Assembly: GCA_031425235.1 (NCBI GenBank)
Contig: JANPIZ010000008.1
Location: 27,377 to 91,376 of the forward strand
Reading direction: 5' to 3'
Source: Candidatus Nomurabacteria bacterium
GTDB lineage: Bacteria; Patescibacteriota; Minisyncoccia; Phycocordibacterales; UBA9973
DNA length: 64,000 nt
Shown: piece by piece, positions 40,349-50,242 of the stretch
Layout of the letters: every line of letters starts with the position of its first letter
How positions within the stretch are numbered: position 1 is the first letter of the stretch
Notes under the pieces: generated by a model
Database searches by the model: none
What the model saw: the letters and a program-made list of their open reading frames with translations, nothing else
What the model was told of the DNA's origin: nothing
Made by a program: the position numbers and the translations under genes

Positions 40349-42463
40349 ATGGAACTGCCAGAAATACCTAAAAATAGAGATATGACATATCTTGGTTTGA
40401 GTACCTACCGAGACAAAAATCAGCTTTTTGGTATCAAGCGTAAAGACAGGCGTCAGCATGTGTATCTTCTCGGAAAGTCAGGTACGGGTAAATCCGTGCT
40501 TATGTTCAACATGATCATCCAAAACATCCAAAATGGGGATGGCGTGTGTCTCGTTGATCCGCACGGTGAAAACGTCGAAGGAGTACTTTCCTCTATCCCT
40601 CCACATCGCGTCAAAGATGTTATATATTTTAACCCGGCTGACGCTGAACATCACATCGGTTTCAATGTTCTCGAACTTGTTGATCCTCAATATAAACATC
40701 TGGTAGCGTCCGGGCTCATGGGTATATTTACGAAAATTTGGGCCAATGCGTGGAGTGCTCGAATGGAATACATCTTGAACAATACGATACTCGCGCTTCT
40801 CGATACGCCTGGCTCTACGATGCTCGGTATTCCGCGTATGCTCGTGGACAAGGACTATCGTCAAAAAATTATTGCGAACCTGAAAGACCCGGTGATCAAG
40901 GCTTTTTGGATTCACGAGTACGAAGCATGGCAAGATAAATTTCGAAATGAGGCTATCGCTCCGATTCAAAATAAAGTCGGACAGTTTCTGTCGACAGCTA
41001 TCATCCGAAACGTTGTCGGTCAGTCGAAAAGTACGATCAACATTTTCGACATGATGAATGAAGGAAAAATTTTCCTCGTGAACGTATCCAAGGGCCGCAT
41101 CGGTGAAGACAACTCAGCACTTCTTGGAGGTATGATCATTACCAAAATCCAGCTTGCAGCCATGGAGCGCGTGCGTATCCCCGAGGAGAATCGAAAAGAT
41201 TTTTACTTGTATGTCGACGAATTCCAAAACTTCGTAACAGATGCGTTTGCCAGCATTTTGTCTGAAGCTCGAAAATACAGATTGAATCTCACTGTGGCTC
41301 ACCAATACACTGCACAGCTCGTGTCAGATAAAAGCACAGCAGTGCGTGACTCTATTTTCGGTAACGTGGGTACTATGATCATTTTCCGCGTCGGTTCTGA
41401 CGATGCTGAATTCTTGGAAAAAGAATTTGATCCCGAATTTACTCCGCAAGACATAGTTAATCTTCCGAACTATAAAATATATTTAAAGCTCATGATTGAC
41501 GGGATAACGTCGAGACCTTTTTCCGCAAAAACTTTACCGCCTATGGTGAAGTCTGGTGATCCAGAAATCGAGAAGGCCGTAATCGAGTCATCCCGTGCTT
41601 TGTATTGCAAAGCAAAGGCTGATATTGAAAGGGAAATAAATGACTGGAGTGGCATGTCGCTTGGCGACGACGGGAATAACGTCCCAGGAAACATGGAAAA
41701 ATTTCCTGCTGTGTGTTCATTTTGTAAAAAAGAAACAACAGTACCCTTTAAACCCGAAAAAGGTAGACCTGTGTATTGCAAGGACTGCATTGCAAAAATA
41801 AAGGCAGGAGAAATAAAACCAAACAAAGACTCAATCGAACAAGTGCGAAGAGATGAAGTAAAATTTTATAAACCCCTTGCTGACCTCGGGATAGAATTCA
41901 CCGCTAAAGATACTGAAGATACAAATGACCACGCTCCAAAAGTAGCGACAGGTTCTTTTGGTAAGTTGATACCACGAAATGAAGAATCGGACGGCAGAAT
42001 CAAGCAGCACAAACCTTTTATTAAAAGACCAAAGATAGATGGATTCAAACCAAAGCCTCCTCGGGTACCCGGCGAGAATCTAGCTTTACGACAAGCTCTC
42101 AATAAAATTGCTCCTCAAAAACCACAAGAAGAGCCAATGCCCCTTGAAGTTAAAAAAGAAATTCTGCAAAAAGTCGTCGAACCTATATCACTCGAAGCTC
42201 TTAAAAATAAAATGAAAGATATCAGGACTATTCCGAAGGACCGGTCAGCGAGTGCAACTGATATGAATAAATTAAAGGATTTGATCAGTGCTTCCGTTGC
42301 GAATTCGCCAAAAAAAGAGCTTTTAGAAACACCAGAAAATAAATCAGAAGAACGAGTCGATCAAGATGATGGAAACAAAAATACGAACTCAGCAACAAGC
42401 TCAGGATCTACACCACAGCCGAAAGAAGTACCAGAAGATGTGTTAAGAAAAATTTTGGAATAA
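40349..42463 (+). CDS. VirD4/TraD/HerA-like ATPase with a CxxC-x17-CxxC zinc ribbon and low-complexity tail
   Basis: DRRQHVYLLGKSGTGKS, DPHG, YVDEFQNF, SEARKY, AHQY; CSFCKKETTVPFKPEKGRPVYCKDC. Confidence 0.88.
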   Translation: MELPEIPKNRDMTYLGLSTYRDKNQLFGIKRKDRRQHVYLLGKSGTGKSVLMFNMIIQNIQNGDGVCLVDPHGENVEGVLSSIPPHRVKDVIYFNPADAEHHIGFNVLELVDPQYKHLVASGLMGIFTKIWANAWSARMEYILNNTILALLDTPGSTMLGIPRMLVDKDYRQKIIANLKDPVIKAFWIHEYEAWQDKFRNEAIAPIQNKVGQFLSTAIIRNVVGQSKSTINIFDMMNEGKIFLVNVSKGRIGEDNSALLGGMIITKIQLAAMERVRIPEENRKDFYLYVDEFQNFVTDAFASILSEARKYRLNLTVAHQYTAQLVSDKSTAVRDSIFGNVGTMIIFRVGSDDAEFLEKEFDPEFTPQDIVNLPNYKIYLKLMIDGITSRPFSAKTLPPMVKSGDPEIEKAVIESSRALYCKAKADIEREINDWSGMSLGDDGNNVPGNMEKFPAVCSFCKKETTVPFKPEKGRPVYCKDCIAKIKAGEIKPNKDSIEQVRRDEVKFYKPLADLGIEFTAKDTEDTNDHAPKVATGSFGKLIPRNEESDGRIKQHKPFIKRPKIDGFKPKPPRVPGENLALRQALNKIAPQKPQEEPMPLEVKKEILQKVVEPISLEALKNKMKDIRTIPKDRSASATDMNKLKDLISASVANSPKKELLETPENKSEERVDQDDGNKNTNSATSSGSTPQPKEVPEDVLRKILE

Positions 42464-42464
42464 C

Positions 42465-44228
42465 ATGCATAGTGAAAATAAAATCTGCCAAAATTGTAAA
42501 ACTGAATTTGTTGTAGAACAAGCAGACTTTGATTTTTATAAAAAAATGAAGGTACCAGCTCCGACATTTTGTCCGATGTGTCGTGCACAAAGGCGGTGGA
42601 ATTTCCGTAACGAACGAGGTTTTTATAAAAGAAAATGTGATTTTTCCGGAAATCAAATTTTTTCTATGTATGCATCAGATTCACCAATCAAAGTGTATGA
42701 ACGAGAGGTTTGGTTTTCTGATGTGTGGGATCCAATGGATTATGGACGGGATATTGATTGGTCACGATCATTTTTAGCTCAAATTTACGAACTGATGCTT
42801 GAAGTGCCTTTTAAGTCGAATAATGTCATTCGGGGGGTGAATAGTCCGTACGCCAACAATGCTACTGACCCTAAAAATTGTTACCTGGTTTTTAATTCTA
42901 CTAGTGCAGAGGATTGTATATATGCAAATGGTGTAAATCATTCGCGGGATTGTGTTGATATATCACATGTATCAAAATCAGAAACATGCTACGGGAGCTT
43001 TTGGCTGGATACGTGTTATAAAACGCATTTCTCTTCCGAGTGTGCTGATTCAAGCGATTTGTGGTTTTGCCGTGACTGTTATGGGTGCATGAGTTGTTTT
43101 GGATCAGTAAATCTTCGTAATAAAAGTTATTACTTTTTTAATAAAAAATATACTAAAGAAGAATATGAACAAAAAGTAAAAGAGTATAAACTTCATACAC
43201 GAGATGGATTTGAAAAAGCACGGGACGATGCTACGGGATTTTGGAAAAAGTTCCCAAATAAAAATCACCAAGGAGTAAAAAATATTGACTCGACTGGTTC
43301 ATATGTTACCAACTCTAAAAACGTAAAAGATTCTTTTTTAATACGTGAAAGTGAAAATCTACGTTATTGTCAATATCTACAAGAAAGTCCCGGTACAAAA
43401 GATTGTTATGATTATTCAAATTGGGGCGCAGGGGCTGAGCTCATCTATGAAGCTATCTCCTGTGGCTCAGGAGCACAAAATATAAAATTTGCGTGGCTTG
43501 GGCAGGAGTCTGTGCACGACCTTGAGTATACTATGGCATGCACCAGTAGTTCCAATAATTTATTTGGATGTGTAGGATTACGTAAAAAAGAATATTGCAT
43601 TCTGAATAAACAATATTCAAAGGAGGAATATATTAAACTCGTTGAAAAAATAAAGATCCATATGAATGATATGCCGTATATAGATAAAGGTGGTCGTATA
43701 TATAAGTACGGTGAATTTTTTCCAAATGAATTTAGTCCATGGGCTTATAATGAAACTCTTGCTCAGGAATATTTTCCTCTCACAAAAAATGAAGCTTTAG
43801 CTAAAGGTTATCGTTGGCGTGACCCGGATACAAAAGATTATAAGCCTACGTTGCACCTAGGTGAATTGCCAAACGATATTACTCAAATGGACGATTCAAT
43901 ACTTGAAGAAATTATTGAATGTGCGCATAAGGGTCAGTGTAACCAGGGATGTACCAAGGCATTTCGTATTATTCCAAATGAGCTCAACTTTTATCGAAAA
44001 ATTAGTGTATCTATACCCACGCTCTGTCCAGCATGCCGTACCCTAGAGCGGCTTAAAATGCGTTTAGGTGTTAAATTATACGAAGCAATATGTATGTGTA
44101 GCGGTGACAACGAAACTGAACATTTTCATGGCAAAGCTCATTGTGAAAATAAGTTTAAAACAGGATATGTTCCTAGTGAAGGTGATATTGTATATTGTGA
44201 ACAATGTTATCAGCAGGAAGTATACTAA
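42465..44228 (+). CDS. Cys-rich zinc-ribbon/solenoid protein, paralog 4
   Basis: Starts 1 nt after the ATPase stop; ends VYCEQCYQQEVY. Confidence 0.9.
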   Translation: MHSENKICQNCKTEFVVEQADFDFYKKMKVPAPTFCPMCRAQRRWNFRNERGFYKRKCDFSGNQIFSMYASDSPIKVYEREVWFSDVWDPMDYGRDIDWSRSFLAQIYELMLEVPFKSNNVIRGVNSPYANNATDPKNCYLVFNSTSAEDCIYANGVNHSRDCVDISHVSKSETCYGSFWLDTCYKTHFSSECADSSDLWFCRDCYGCMSCFGSVNLRNKSYYFFNKKYTKEEYEQKVKEYKLHTRDGFEKARDDATGFWKKFPNKNHQGVKNIDSTGSYVTNSKNVKDSFLIRESENLRYCQYLQESPGTKDCYDYSNWGAGAELIYEAISCGSGAQNIKFAWLGQESVHDLEYTMACTSSSNNLFGCVGLRKKEYCILNKQYSKEEYIKLVEKIKIHMNDMPYIDKGGRIYKYGEFFPNEFSPWAYNETLAQEYFPLTKNEALAKGYRWRDPDTKDYKPTLHLGELPNDITQMDDSILEEIIECAHKGQCNQGCTKAFRIIPNELNFYRKISVSIPTLCPACRTLERLKMRLGVKLYEAICMCSGDNETEHFHGKAHCENKFKTGYVPSEGDIVYCEQCYQQEVY

Positions 44229-44230
44229 TT

Positions 44231-46000
44231 ATGGAAACTAAAAAGTGCCAAAATTGTAAAACTGAATTTGTTATTAAGAAAGAAGATTTTAATTTTTACG
44301 AAAAGATAAAAGTGCCTGCTCCTACATTTTGTCCGGAGTGTCGACTTATTCGACGGATGATGTGGCGTAACGAGCGTTCATTGTTTAAGCGGACCTGCGC
44401 AAAAACTGGCAGAGATATCATTACGATGTTTCATCCGGATGCTCCTGTGGTGGTGTACGATCACGATGTGTGGTGGGGCGATACTTGGGAACCAACTGAT
44501 TATGGTGCTGTGTATGATTTTTCAACACCATTTTTTCAGCAATTTAAAGAATTACTTAAAAAAGTACCACTTGCTACCCTCGGGAATCAAAATTGCCCGG
44601 GGAGTCCTTACGGCAACCACAATGCGGACTGTAAGCTTTCCCACCTCCTATACGCTTCGTTTGACAATGAACGAGTGAGTTATTCTCACGGAGCTCTGGC
44701 TTCGAAAGATTGTTTTGATATGTATAAAACATTACATTCCGAGCTTTCATATGGCGATACGTTATGTGCGGGCCTATATAAAACACATTTATCTTATAAT
44801 TCTGACGAATCTCTTAACTCAATGTTTCTTAAGCATTGTATGAACTTGCAAGATTGTATTGGCTGCGTGAATTTACGAAATAAAAGTCATTGCATTTTTA
44901 ATGTGCAATATTCTAGAGAAGAATATGAACAAAAAAAACAAGAGTTTGATTTTGGAAGTTATAAAAATTTAGTTGATTTTGAAAACAAGTTCAATGAATT
45001 TACACTCACATTCCCGAATAGATATGCAAACAACATAAGATCAGCGGACGTTTCTGGTGACAATATCATGAATTCCAAAAATGCTAAACATTGTTTTGAT
45101 TTATACGGCGAGGTGCAAGATTCCAAATATCTAATTCATATTGTAAACATGAAAGATAGTTATGATGTGTATGGTGGTGGAGCTGGCGCCTCTCTTGTTT
45201 ACGAAGGAGTGGATGCCGGGTTACAAATATCAAATCAGCTTTTTTCTGTATTATCTCATGGGTGCCTCGATACAAATTATACGTACATGTGTTATGGCTC
45301 GAAAGATCTTTTCGGATGTATTGGGTTACGTAATAAGCAGTATTGTATTTTAAATAAACAATATACTAAAGAAGAATATTTTGAACTTGTTCCAAAAATT
45401 ATTGAGCACATGAACACTATGCCGTATATAGATGCAAAAGCTCTCGTGTATACATATGGTGAATTTTTTCTAAGTGAAATTTCTCCGTTTTCCTACAACG
45501 AAACAATCGCTCAAGAGTATTTTACAAAGACAAAAAAACAAATAGCTGAACAAGGTTTTAAATATAGAGAACCAATACATAAAGATTATGTTATAACTAT
45601 AAAAAATAAAGATTTGCCTGACCATATACAAGAGATCTCAGACTCTATTTTAGACGAAATTATAGAGTGCCCAAACAATGGACAAGAAACGACTCAGTGC
45701 ACTAAAGCTTTTAGAATTATAAAAAGTGAATTAGATTTTCTTAAAAATAATAATATTGCCTTACCTAGGTATTGCCCAAACTGCAGACACTATAACCGAC
45801 TAAGACAACGAAATCCATTTAAATTGTGGCATCGCATGTGTCAGTGTGGTGGGGTAAGTTCTCAAAATGGAAAATATAAAAATACAATAGTACATACACA
45901 TGGCGACACAGAATGTTTAGTTGAATTTGAAACTTCCTATGCACCAGATCGACCCCAGATAGTGTATTGCGAGAAATGTTATCAGCAAGAAGTATATTAA
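44231..46000 (+). CDS. Cys-rich zinc-ribbon/solenoid protein, paralog 5
   Basis: METKKCQNCK start at 44231; ends VYCEKCYQQEVY. Confidence 0.9.
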   Translation: METKKCQNCKTEFVIKKEDFNFYEKIKVPAPTFCPECRLIRRMMWRNERSLFKRTCAKTGRDIITMFHPDAPVVVYDHDVWWGDTWEPTDYGAVYDFSTPFFQQFKELLKKVPLATLGNQNCPGSPYGNHNADCKLSHLLYASFDNERVSYSHGALASKDCFDMYKTLHSELSYGDTLCAGLYKTHLSYNSDESLNSMFLKHCMNLQDCIGCVNLRNKSHCIFNVQYSREEYEQKKQEFDFGSYKNLVDFENKFNEFTLTFPNRYANNIRSADVSGDNIMNSKNAKHCFDLYGEVQDSKYLIHIVNMKDSYDVYGGGAGASLVYEGVDAGLQISNQLFSVLSHGCLDTNYTYMCYGSKDLFGCIGLRNKQYCILNKQYTKEEYFELVPKIIEHMNTMPYIDAKALVYTYGEFFLSEISPFSYNETIAQEYFTKTKKQIAEQGFKYREPIHKDYVITIKNKDLPDHIQEISDSILDEIIECPNNGQETTQCTKAFRIIKSELDFLKNNNIALPRYCPNCRHYNRLRQRNPFKLWHRMCQCGGVSSQNGKYKNTIVHTHGDTECLVEFETSYAPDRPQIVYCEKCYQQEVY

Positions 46001-46027
46001 ATTTTATGTTAAAATAGAACAAAATCA

Positions 46028-47485
46028 ATGCCAAAGCCAAATCGAGTACAAATAATCAAATACGCTCCACCACCACCTGAGCTGCCGGTGTTTGGCAAGG
46101 TGAACGCTGAAGATGTTTCATTTATAGGACATACCAATTACGTGGCCGCTCTTGAAGAGAAGAAATTTATTTTCGGAATCAAGCGTGTTGATCGAAGGCG
46201 ACATTTGTATATTATCGGAAAGTCTGGAGTGGGGAAAACAAAGCTTCTCGAGCTTTTTCTACGTCAGGACGTATCGTACAATCACGGTTTTTGTTTGATC
46301 GATCCCCACGGCGACGTGATCGATGCGATGCTCGACTATATACCTCGGGAGCGTATTGAGGATGTATGTCTCATCGACCCACCTGATATTGATTTCCCCG
46401 CATCTTTCAATCCGCTTGCTAATGTGGACCCACTTTTTAAATTCCAACTCACCCAAGGGCTCATCGAAGTATTTCAAAAACAATTCGGCGCAAACTGGAC
46501 ACCACGTCTTGAGCACGTGTTTCGTTTTACGTGTTTGGCGCTTCTCGACTATCCGCACGCAACTATGCGGGGGATGATTTCGATGCTCACTGACCGAAAT
46601 TATCGCCAGAAAGTAGTGGAGTATATCACCGATGATATGGTGAAAAGATTCTTCGCCATTGAATTCGCCGATTGGTCGGAGAAATTCGACACCGACGCTA
46701 TTATCCCGCTCGTGAACAAACTCGGACAGTTTCTCTCAGACCCGCTTCTTCGGAATATTTTCGGACAGAAGCAAAACAAAATAGATATTAGCAAACTCAT
46801 GAACGAAGGGAAAATAATACTTATCAATTTATCGAAGGGTCGCCTCGGTGAAGAAAACTCATCATTCCTTGGTTCTATGTTTTTAACAAAAATAAAACAG
46901 GCAGGGATGGAGCGAGCGAGTATGCCTGAGTCAGCGCGAACTGATTTTTATATTTATGTGGACGAGTTTCAAAATGTGGTTACTCAAACTTTTGAAAATA
47001 TTTTATCTGAGGCAAGAAAATATGGACTCAACCTCACCATGGCACATCAATATGTGGGGCAAATCATCCCGCAAGTTCATAAAGCTGTGCTCGGTAACTG
47101 CGGAAGTATTATTACGTTTCGTATTTCTGGTGAAGATGCAGTAAAAATGAAACCGGAATTTGCGCCACTCTTTGACGTGAAAGACATGATCAACCTTGCA
47201 GTGGGAGAATTTTATGTAAAGATGACGATCGATGGTGAATCATACGACCCTTTTTCAGCTGAAACATTGCGAGTACTTCCGCCCACACATCCATCGTATA
47301 GACAAGAAATCATAGATGCATCTCGTAGAAAATATTCAATATCAAAGGACGATGCAGCGAAACTTATCATTGAAGAGGAAGCAACTATTATTCGAAGTGC
47401 TGAAGAGAAAGCAATTATTGAAGGTAAAGGAAAGGGTCCAGAAACTACTTCGCAAGTTTCCCAAGAAGCTGAACCAATGATTTAG
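46028..47485 (+). CDS. Second VirD4/TraD/HerA-like ATPase (no TM segment)
   Basis: DRRRHLYIIGKSGVGKT, DPHGD, YVDEFQN, SEARKY, AHQY. Confidence 0.88.
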   Translation: MPKPNRVQIIKYAPPPPELPVFGKVNAEDVSFIGHTNYVAALEEKKFIFGIKRVDRRRHLYIIGKSGVGKTKLLELFLRQDVSYNHGFCLIDPHGDVIDAMLDYIPRERIEDVCLIDPPDIDFPASFNPLANVDPLFKFQLTQGLIEVFQKQFGANWTPRLEHVFRFTCLALLDYPHATMRGMISMLTDRNYRQKVVEYITDDMVKRFFAIEFADWSEKFDTDAIIPLVNKLGQFLSDPLLRNIFGQKQNKIDISKLMNEGKIILINLSKGRLGEENSSFLGSMFLTKIKQAGMERASMPESARTDFYIYVDEFQNVVTQTFENILSEARKYGLNLTMAHQYVGQIIPQVHKAVLGNCGSIITFRISGEDAVKMKPEFAPLFDVKDMINLAVGEFYVKMTIDGESYDPFSAETLRVLPPTHPSYRQEIIDASRRKYSISKDDAAKLIIEEEATIIRSAEEKAIIEGKGKGPETTSQVSQEAEPMI

Positions 47486-47489
47486 TTTT

Positions 47490-47606
47490 TGGCCAAGAAA
47501 CAAAATCAATTCTATAAAGCAATCTATCTGGCTGTGCTCAGCCAGCGAACTGCTCGCTCAGCCCCGCTGCGCAAGGCTTTTTAGAAATTATTTATATTTC
47601 TTGACC
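47490..47606. repeat. ~115-bp intergenic palindromic element whose right end overlaps the dnaJ -35
   Basis: ggccaagaaa...ttctataaagc [GC-rich core] gctttttagaa...tttcttgacc; TTGACC-N16-TATAAT follows. Confidence 0.5.
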
Positions 47607-47634
47607 GTGAGGGCTATATAAGTATAATAGACCC

Positions 47635-48723
47635 ATGGCAAAGGATTATTATGAAACATTAGGAATAAATAAGGGCGCTTCAAAGGAGGAAATTAAAAAA
47701 GCCTTCTATAAGCTCGCACATAAATACCACCCTGATAAAAAGGAGGGAAATGAAGCCAAATTCAAAGAGGTAAATGAAGCCTATCAAACTCTTTCTGATG
47801 ACACGAAACGCTCAAAATACGATCAATTTGGTGCTGGGTATGAGAATATGGGTGGAGGACATTCACATCAAGGTGGCGGATTTGAAGGCTTCGATTTCAG
47901 TGGTGCTGGAGGTTTTGGAAATGGCGGAGCTGAATTTGATTTTGGAAACTTGAATGATATTTTTAGTGATTTTTTTGGCGGCGGCGGGCGACCTCAGGCA
48001 CGACGCGGTCGCGACATATCGACCGAAATACAAATTTCTTTTTCCGAGTCAGTGTTTGGTGTAACTCGAAAGGTGCTCATTACCAAAACTTCCACGTGTC
48101 TTACGTGTAAAGGTTCTGGCGCAAAAGTTGGCACTAATATGGAAACGTGTAAATATTGCAACGGACAAGGTACTATTCGGGAAACTAAACGATCATTCCT
48201 CGGCAATATTTCTAGTACAAAAATATGTGATACATGTTTGGGTACGGGCGAAGTTCCAAAGGAAGTATGTGCTACCTGTAAAGGTAAAGGGGTATTTCGT
48301 CGTGAAGAGGAAGTTTCTATTGCCATACCTGCAGGCATACGTGATGGGGAAATGATTCGCATGACTGGTATGGGCGAAGCAATTTCTAAAGGTACCACCG
48401 GCGACTTGTATATAAAAATAAACGTTGCACCACATCCGATATTTAAACGTGAAGGTAGTGACGTGGTCATGACTCTCGACCTGAAGCTTTCTGACGCACT
48501 TCTAGGTACGAAATATCTAATTCAGACTCTTGATGGTGAAATAGAAGTCACGATACCAGAAGGAGTTTCTATAAATGAAATATTGCGAGTGCGCGGCAAG
48601 GGTGTGCCGAGTGCCAAGAATAAGCGAGGTGACTTACTAATCAAGCTCAACATAAAGCTTCCATCAAAAATTTCACGTAAATCTCGCGAACTCATCGAAG
48701 CTCTTAAAAAAGAGGGAATATAA
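47635..48723 (+). CDS. dnaJ: Chaperone DnaJ
   Basis: J-domain HPD, G/F region, four CxxCxGxG repeats. Confidence 0.97.
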   Translation: MAKDYYETLGINKGASKEEIKKAFYKLAHKYHPDKKEGNEAKFKEVNEAYQTLSDDTKRSKYDQFGAGYENMGGGHSHQGGGFEGFDFSGAGGFGNGGAEFDFGNLNDIFSDFFGGGGRPQARRGRDISTEIQISFSESVFGVTRKVLITKTSTCLTCKGSGAKVGTNMETCKYCNGQGTIRETKRSFLGNISSTKICDTCLGTGEVPKEVCATCKGKGVFRREEEVSIAIPAGIRDGEMIRMTGMGEAISKGTTGDLYIKINVAPHPIFKREGSDVVMTLDLKLSDALLGTKYLIQTLDGEIEVTIPEGVSINEILRVRGKGVPSAKNKRGDLLIKLNIKLPSKISRKSRELIEALKKEGI

Positions 48724-49313
48724 TGATACCTGAATATTTTATTTTTGTTTCGGTAGCCCTGAATCTTATTGGGATATCTTTTTATATTAGAAGTATTTTA
48801 CGTGGAGAAACAAAACCAAATTTAATTTCATGGTTTATGTGGATGATCGCGCCTTTTTTGGGTGTATTTTTTCAGCTTAAATCCGGAGCAACATTTTCTG
48901 TACTTCCAATATTTATGGCTGGCTTTGATCCTTTATTGGTTATACTTGTTGCTCTTTTTGTAAAAAACGTTTTTTGGAAAATAAATACTTTTGATATAGT
49001 GTGCGGTATTTTTTCTTTTTTCGCACTTATTTTATATGTCATTACTCATAACTTGGCTTTATCGATTTGTTTTGCGATATTGAGTGATGCGTTAGCATTT
49101 ATACCTACTTTTATAAAGGGTTGGAAATTTCCAGAATTTGAATCTGTGCAGGCGTATAGTTGGTGTATAGCAAGTAATATTATTGGACTACTAGTAATAA
49201 AAGAATGGAATTTCACTACTTATTCTTTCGGACTTTATCTTATCGTGTTTAATATAGCTATGAGTTTAATTTTATATCGCAAAAAGATTATATTTTGGTA
49301 TACTAATAAGTAA
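48723..49313 (+). CDS. Multi-pass membrane protein of unknown function
   Basis: About 7 hydrophobic helices; TKPN-x-x-SW-x-x-W, D-x-LAFIPT-x-x-K-x-W-x-x-P. Confidence 0.7.
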   Translation: MIPEYFIFVSVALNLIGISFYIRSILRGETKPNLISWFMWMIAPFLGVFFQLKSGATFSVLPIFMAGFDPLLVILVALFVKNVFWKINTFDIVCGIFSFFALILYVITHNLALSICFAILSDALAFIPTFIKGWKFPEFESVQAYSWCIASNIIGLLVIKEWNFTTYSFGLYLIVFNIAMSLILYRKKIIFWYTNK

Positions 49314-49314
49314 T

Positions 49315-50181
49315 ATGCATGAAGACATACCAAACAATTTTTTAGGAATTCCTGAAATCACCCCAGAGGAAGCAGAGGTGCTTATTTTGCCGATTCCACT
49401 CGAAGCAACAGTAAGTTATGGTACAGGCACTGGGCGTGGTCCAGCGGCTATCATCACTGCTTCGCAACAAGTAGAGTTGTATGACCATGAGTTTGGGTAC
49501 GAAGTTAATGAAAAAGTTAAAATAAAAACATTGCCCGCTGTCGTATTTCCTGAGCAGCTTACATTTGAAACAGCTGAAAAAGCGCAGCCTATAATCGCTG
49601 CTGCTGTGGCCCCGTGGACTGATAAATTTGTGTTGAGTTTGGGCGGCGAACACGCCATAACACCAGCACTCATAAGTGAATACAAGAAAAAGTATCCGGA
49701 TCTCTCCATGTTATATTTTGACGCGCATACAGATATGCGTGAAGAGCTTGATAGTACAAAATGGTCACATGCATGTGCGGCGCGACGGTGTCAGGATGAT
49801 CATGGTATTAAAAATATCGTTTGGGTAGGTACGCGCAACACCTCACTCGGTGAGCAGCAATACATAGATACGAGTCATGTAAATTATGGTAATACCTATG
49901 ACCTCAAAAAAATCTTGAGCCAGCTAGGGGACAATGTATACATTTCTTTTGATGTGGATGTATTTGATGTATCCACTATGCCAGCAACAGGCACACCAGA
50001 ACCAGGTGGTATTAACTGGTATCAAGCAATGGAAATATTTGAAGCTGTCACGAGAGAGAAAAATGTTGTTGGAGCTGACATAGCCGAATGCGCGCCAATA
50101 CCAACTCCAGGATTTCATGGATATGATTTTCTCGTAGCAAAACTCGCTTTCAAACTAATTGGGTATAAATTTAGGAAATAA
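49315..50181 (+). CDS. speB: Agmatinase (arginase family)
   Basis: GGEH, FDAHTD, SFDVDVFD, PATGTPEPGG. Confidence 0.9.
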   Translation: MHEDIPNNFLGIPEITPEEAEVLILPIPLEATVSYGTGTGRGPAAIITASQQVELYDHEFGYEVNEKVKIKTLPAVVFPEQLTFETAEKAQPIIAAAVAPWTDKFVLSLGGEHAITPALISEYKKKYPDLSMLYFDAHTDMREELDSTKWSHACAARRCQDDHGIKNIVWVGTRNTSLGEQQYIDTSHVNYGNTYDLKKILSQLGDNVYISFDVDVFDVSTMPATGTPEPGGINWYQAMEIFEAVTREKNVVGADIAECAPIPTPGFHGYDFLVAKLAFKLIGYKFRK

Positions 50182-50202
50182 ATTATAATTTATAAATTTT
50201 CT

Positions 50203-50242
50203 CCTGACCGCAGTGCTTTCAGCTCAGCTGATGCAGGCGGGG
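50203..50242 (-). repeat. Family C element inserted at the cysS 3' end
   Basis: Reverse complement ccccgcctgcatcagctgagctgaaagcactgcggtcagg. Confidence 0.85.

Noticed and set aside
30514-46000. Diversity-generating retroelement acting on the paralog 3' ends
   Set aside because: No reverse transcriptase or non-coding template repeat is seen; differences are mostly synonymous and not adenine-specific.
45987-46014. dif/pdif site (TTATGTTAAA resembles a XerD arm)
   Set aside because: No XerC-like arm at the right spacing; better explained as an extended -10 for ATPase 2.
40349-47485. Conjugative element/ICE
   Set aside because: No relaxase, VirB4 mating-pair cluster, integrase or att sites are visible in the window.
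50219-50221. UGA recoding (genetic code 25 or Sec)
   Set aside because: Conserved genes translate fully under code 11 with no internal TGA; this TGA comes from the inserted repeat.
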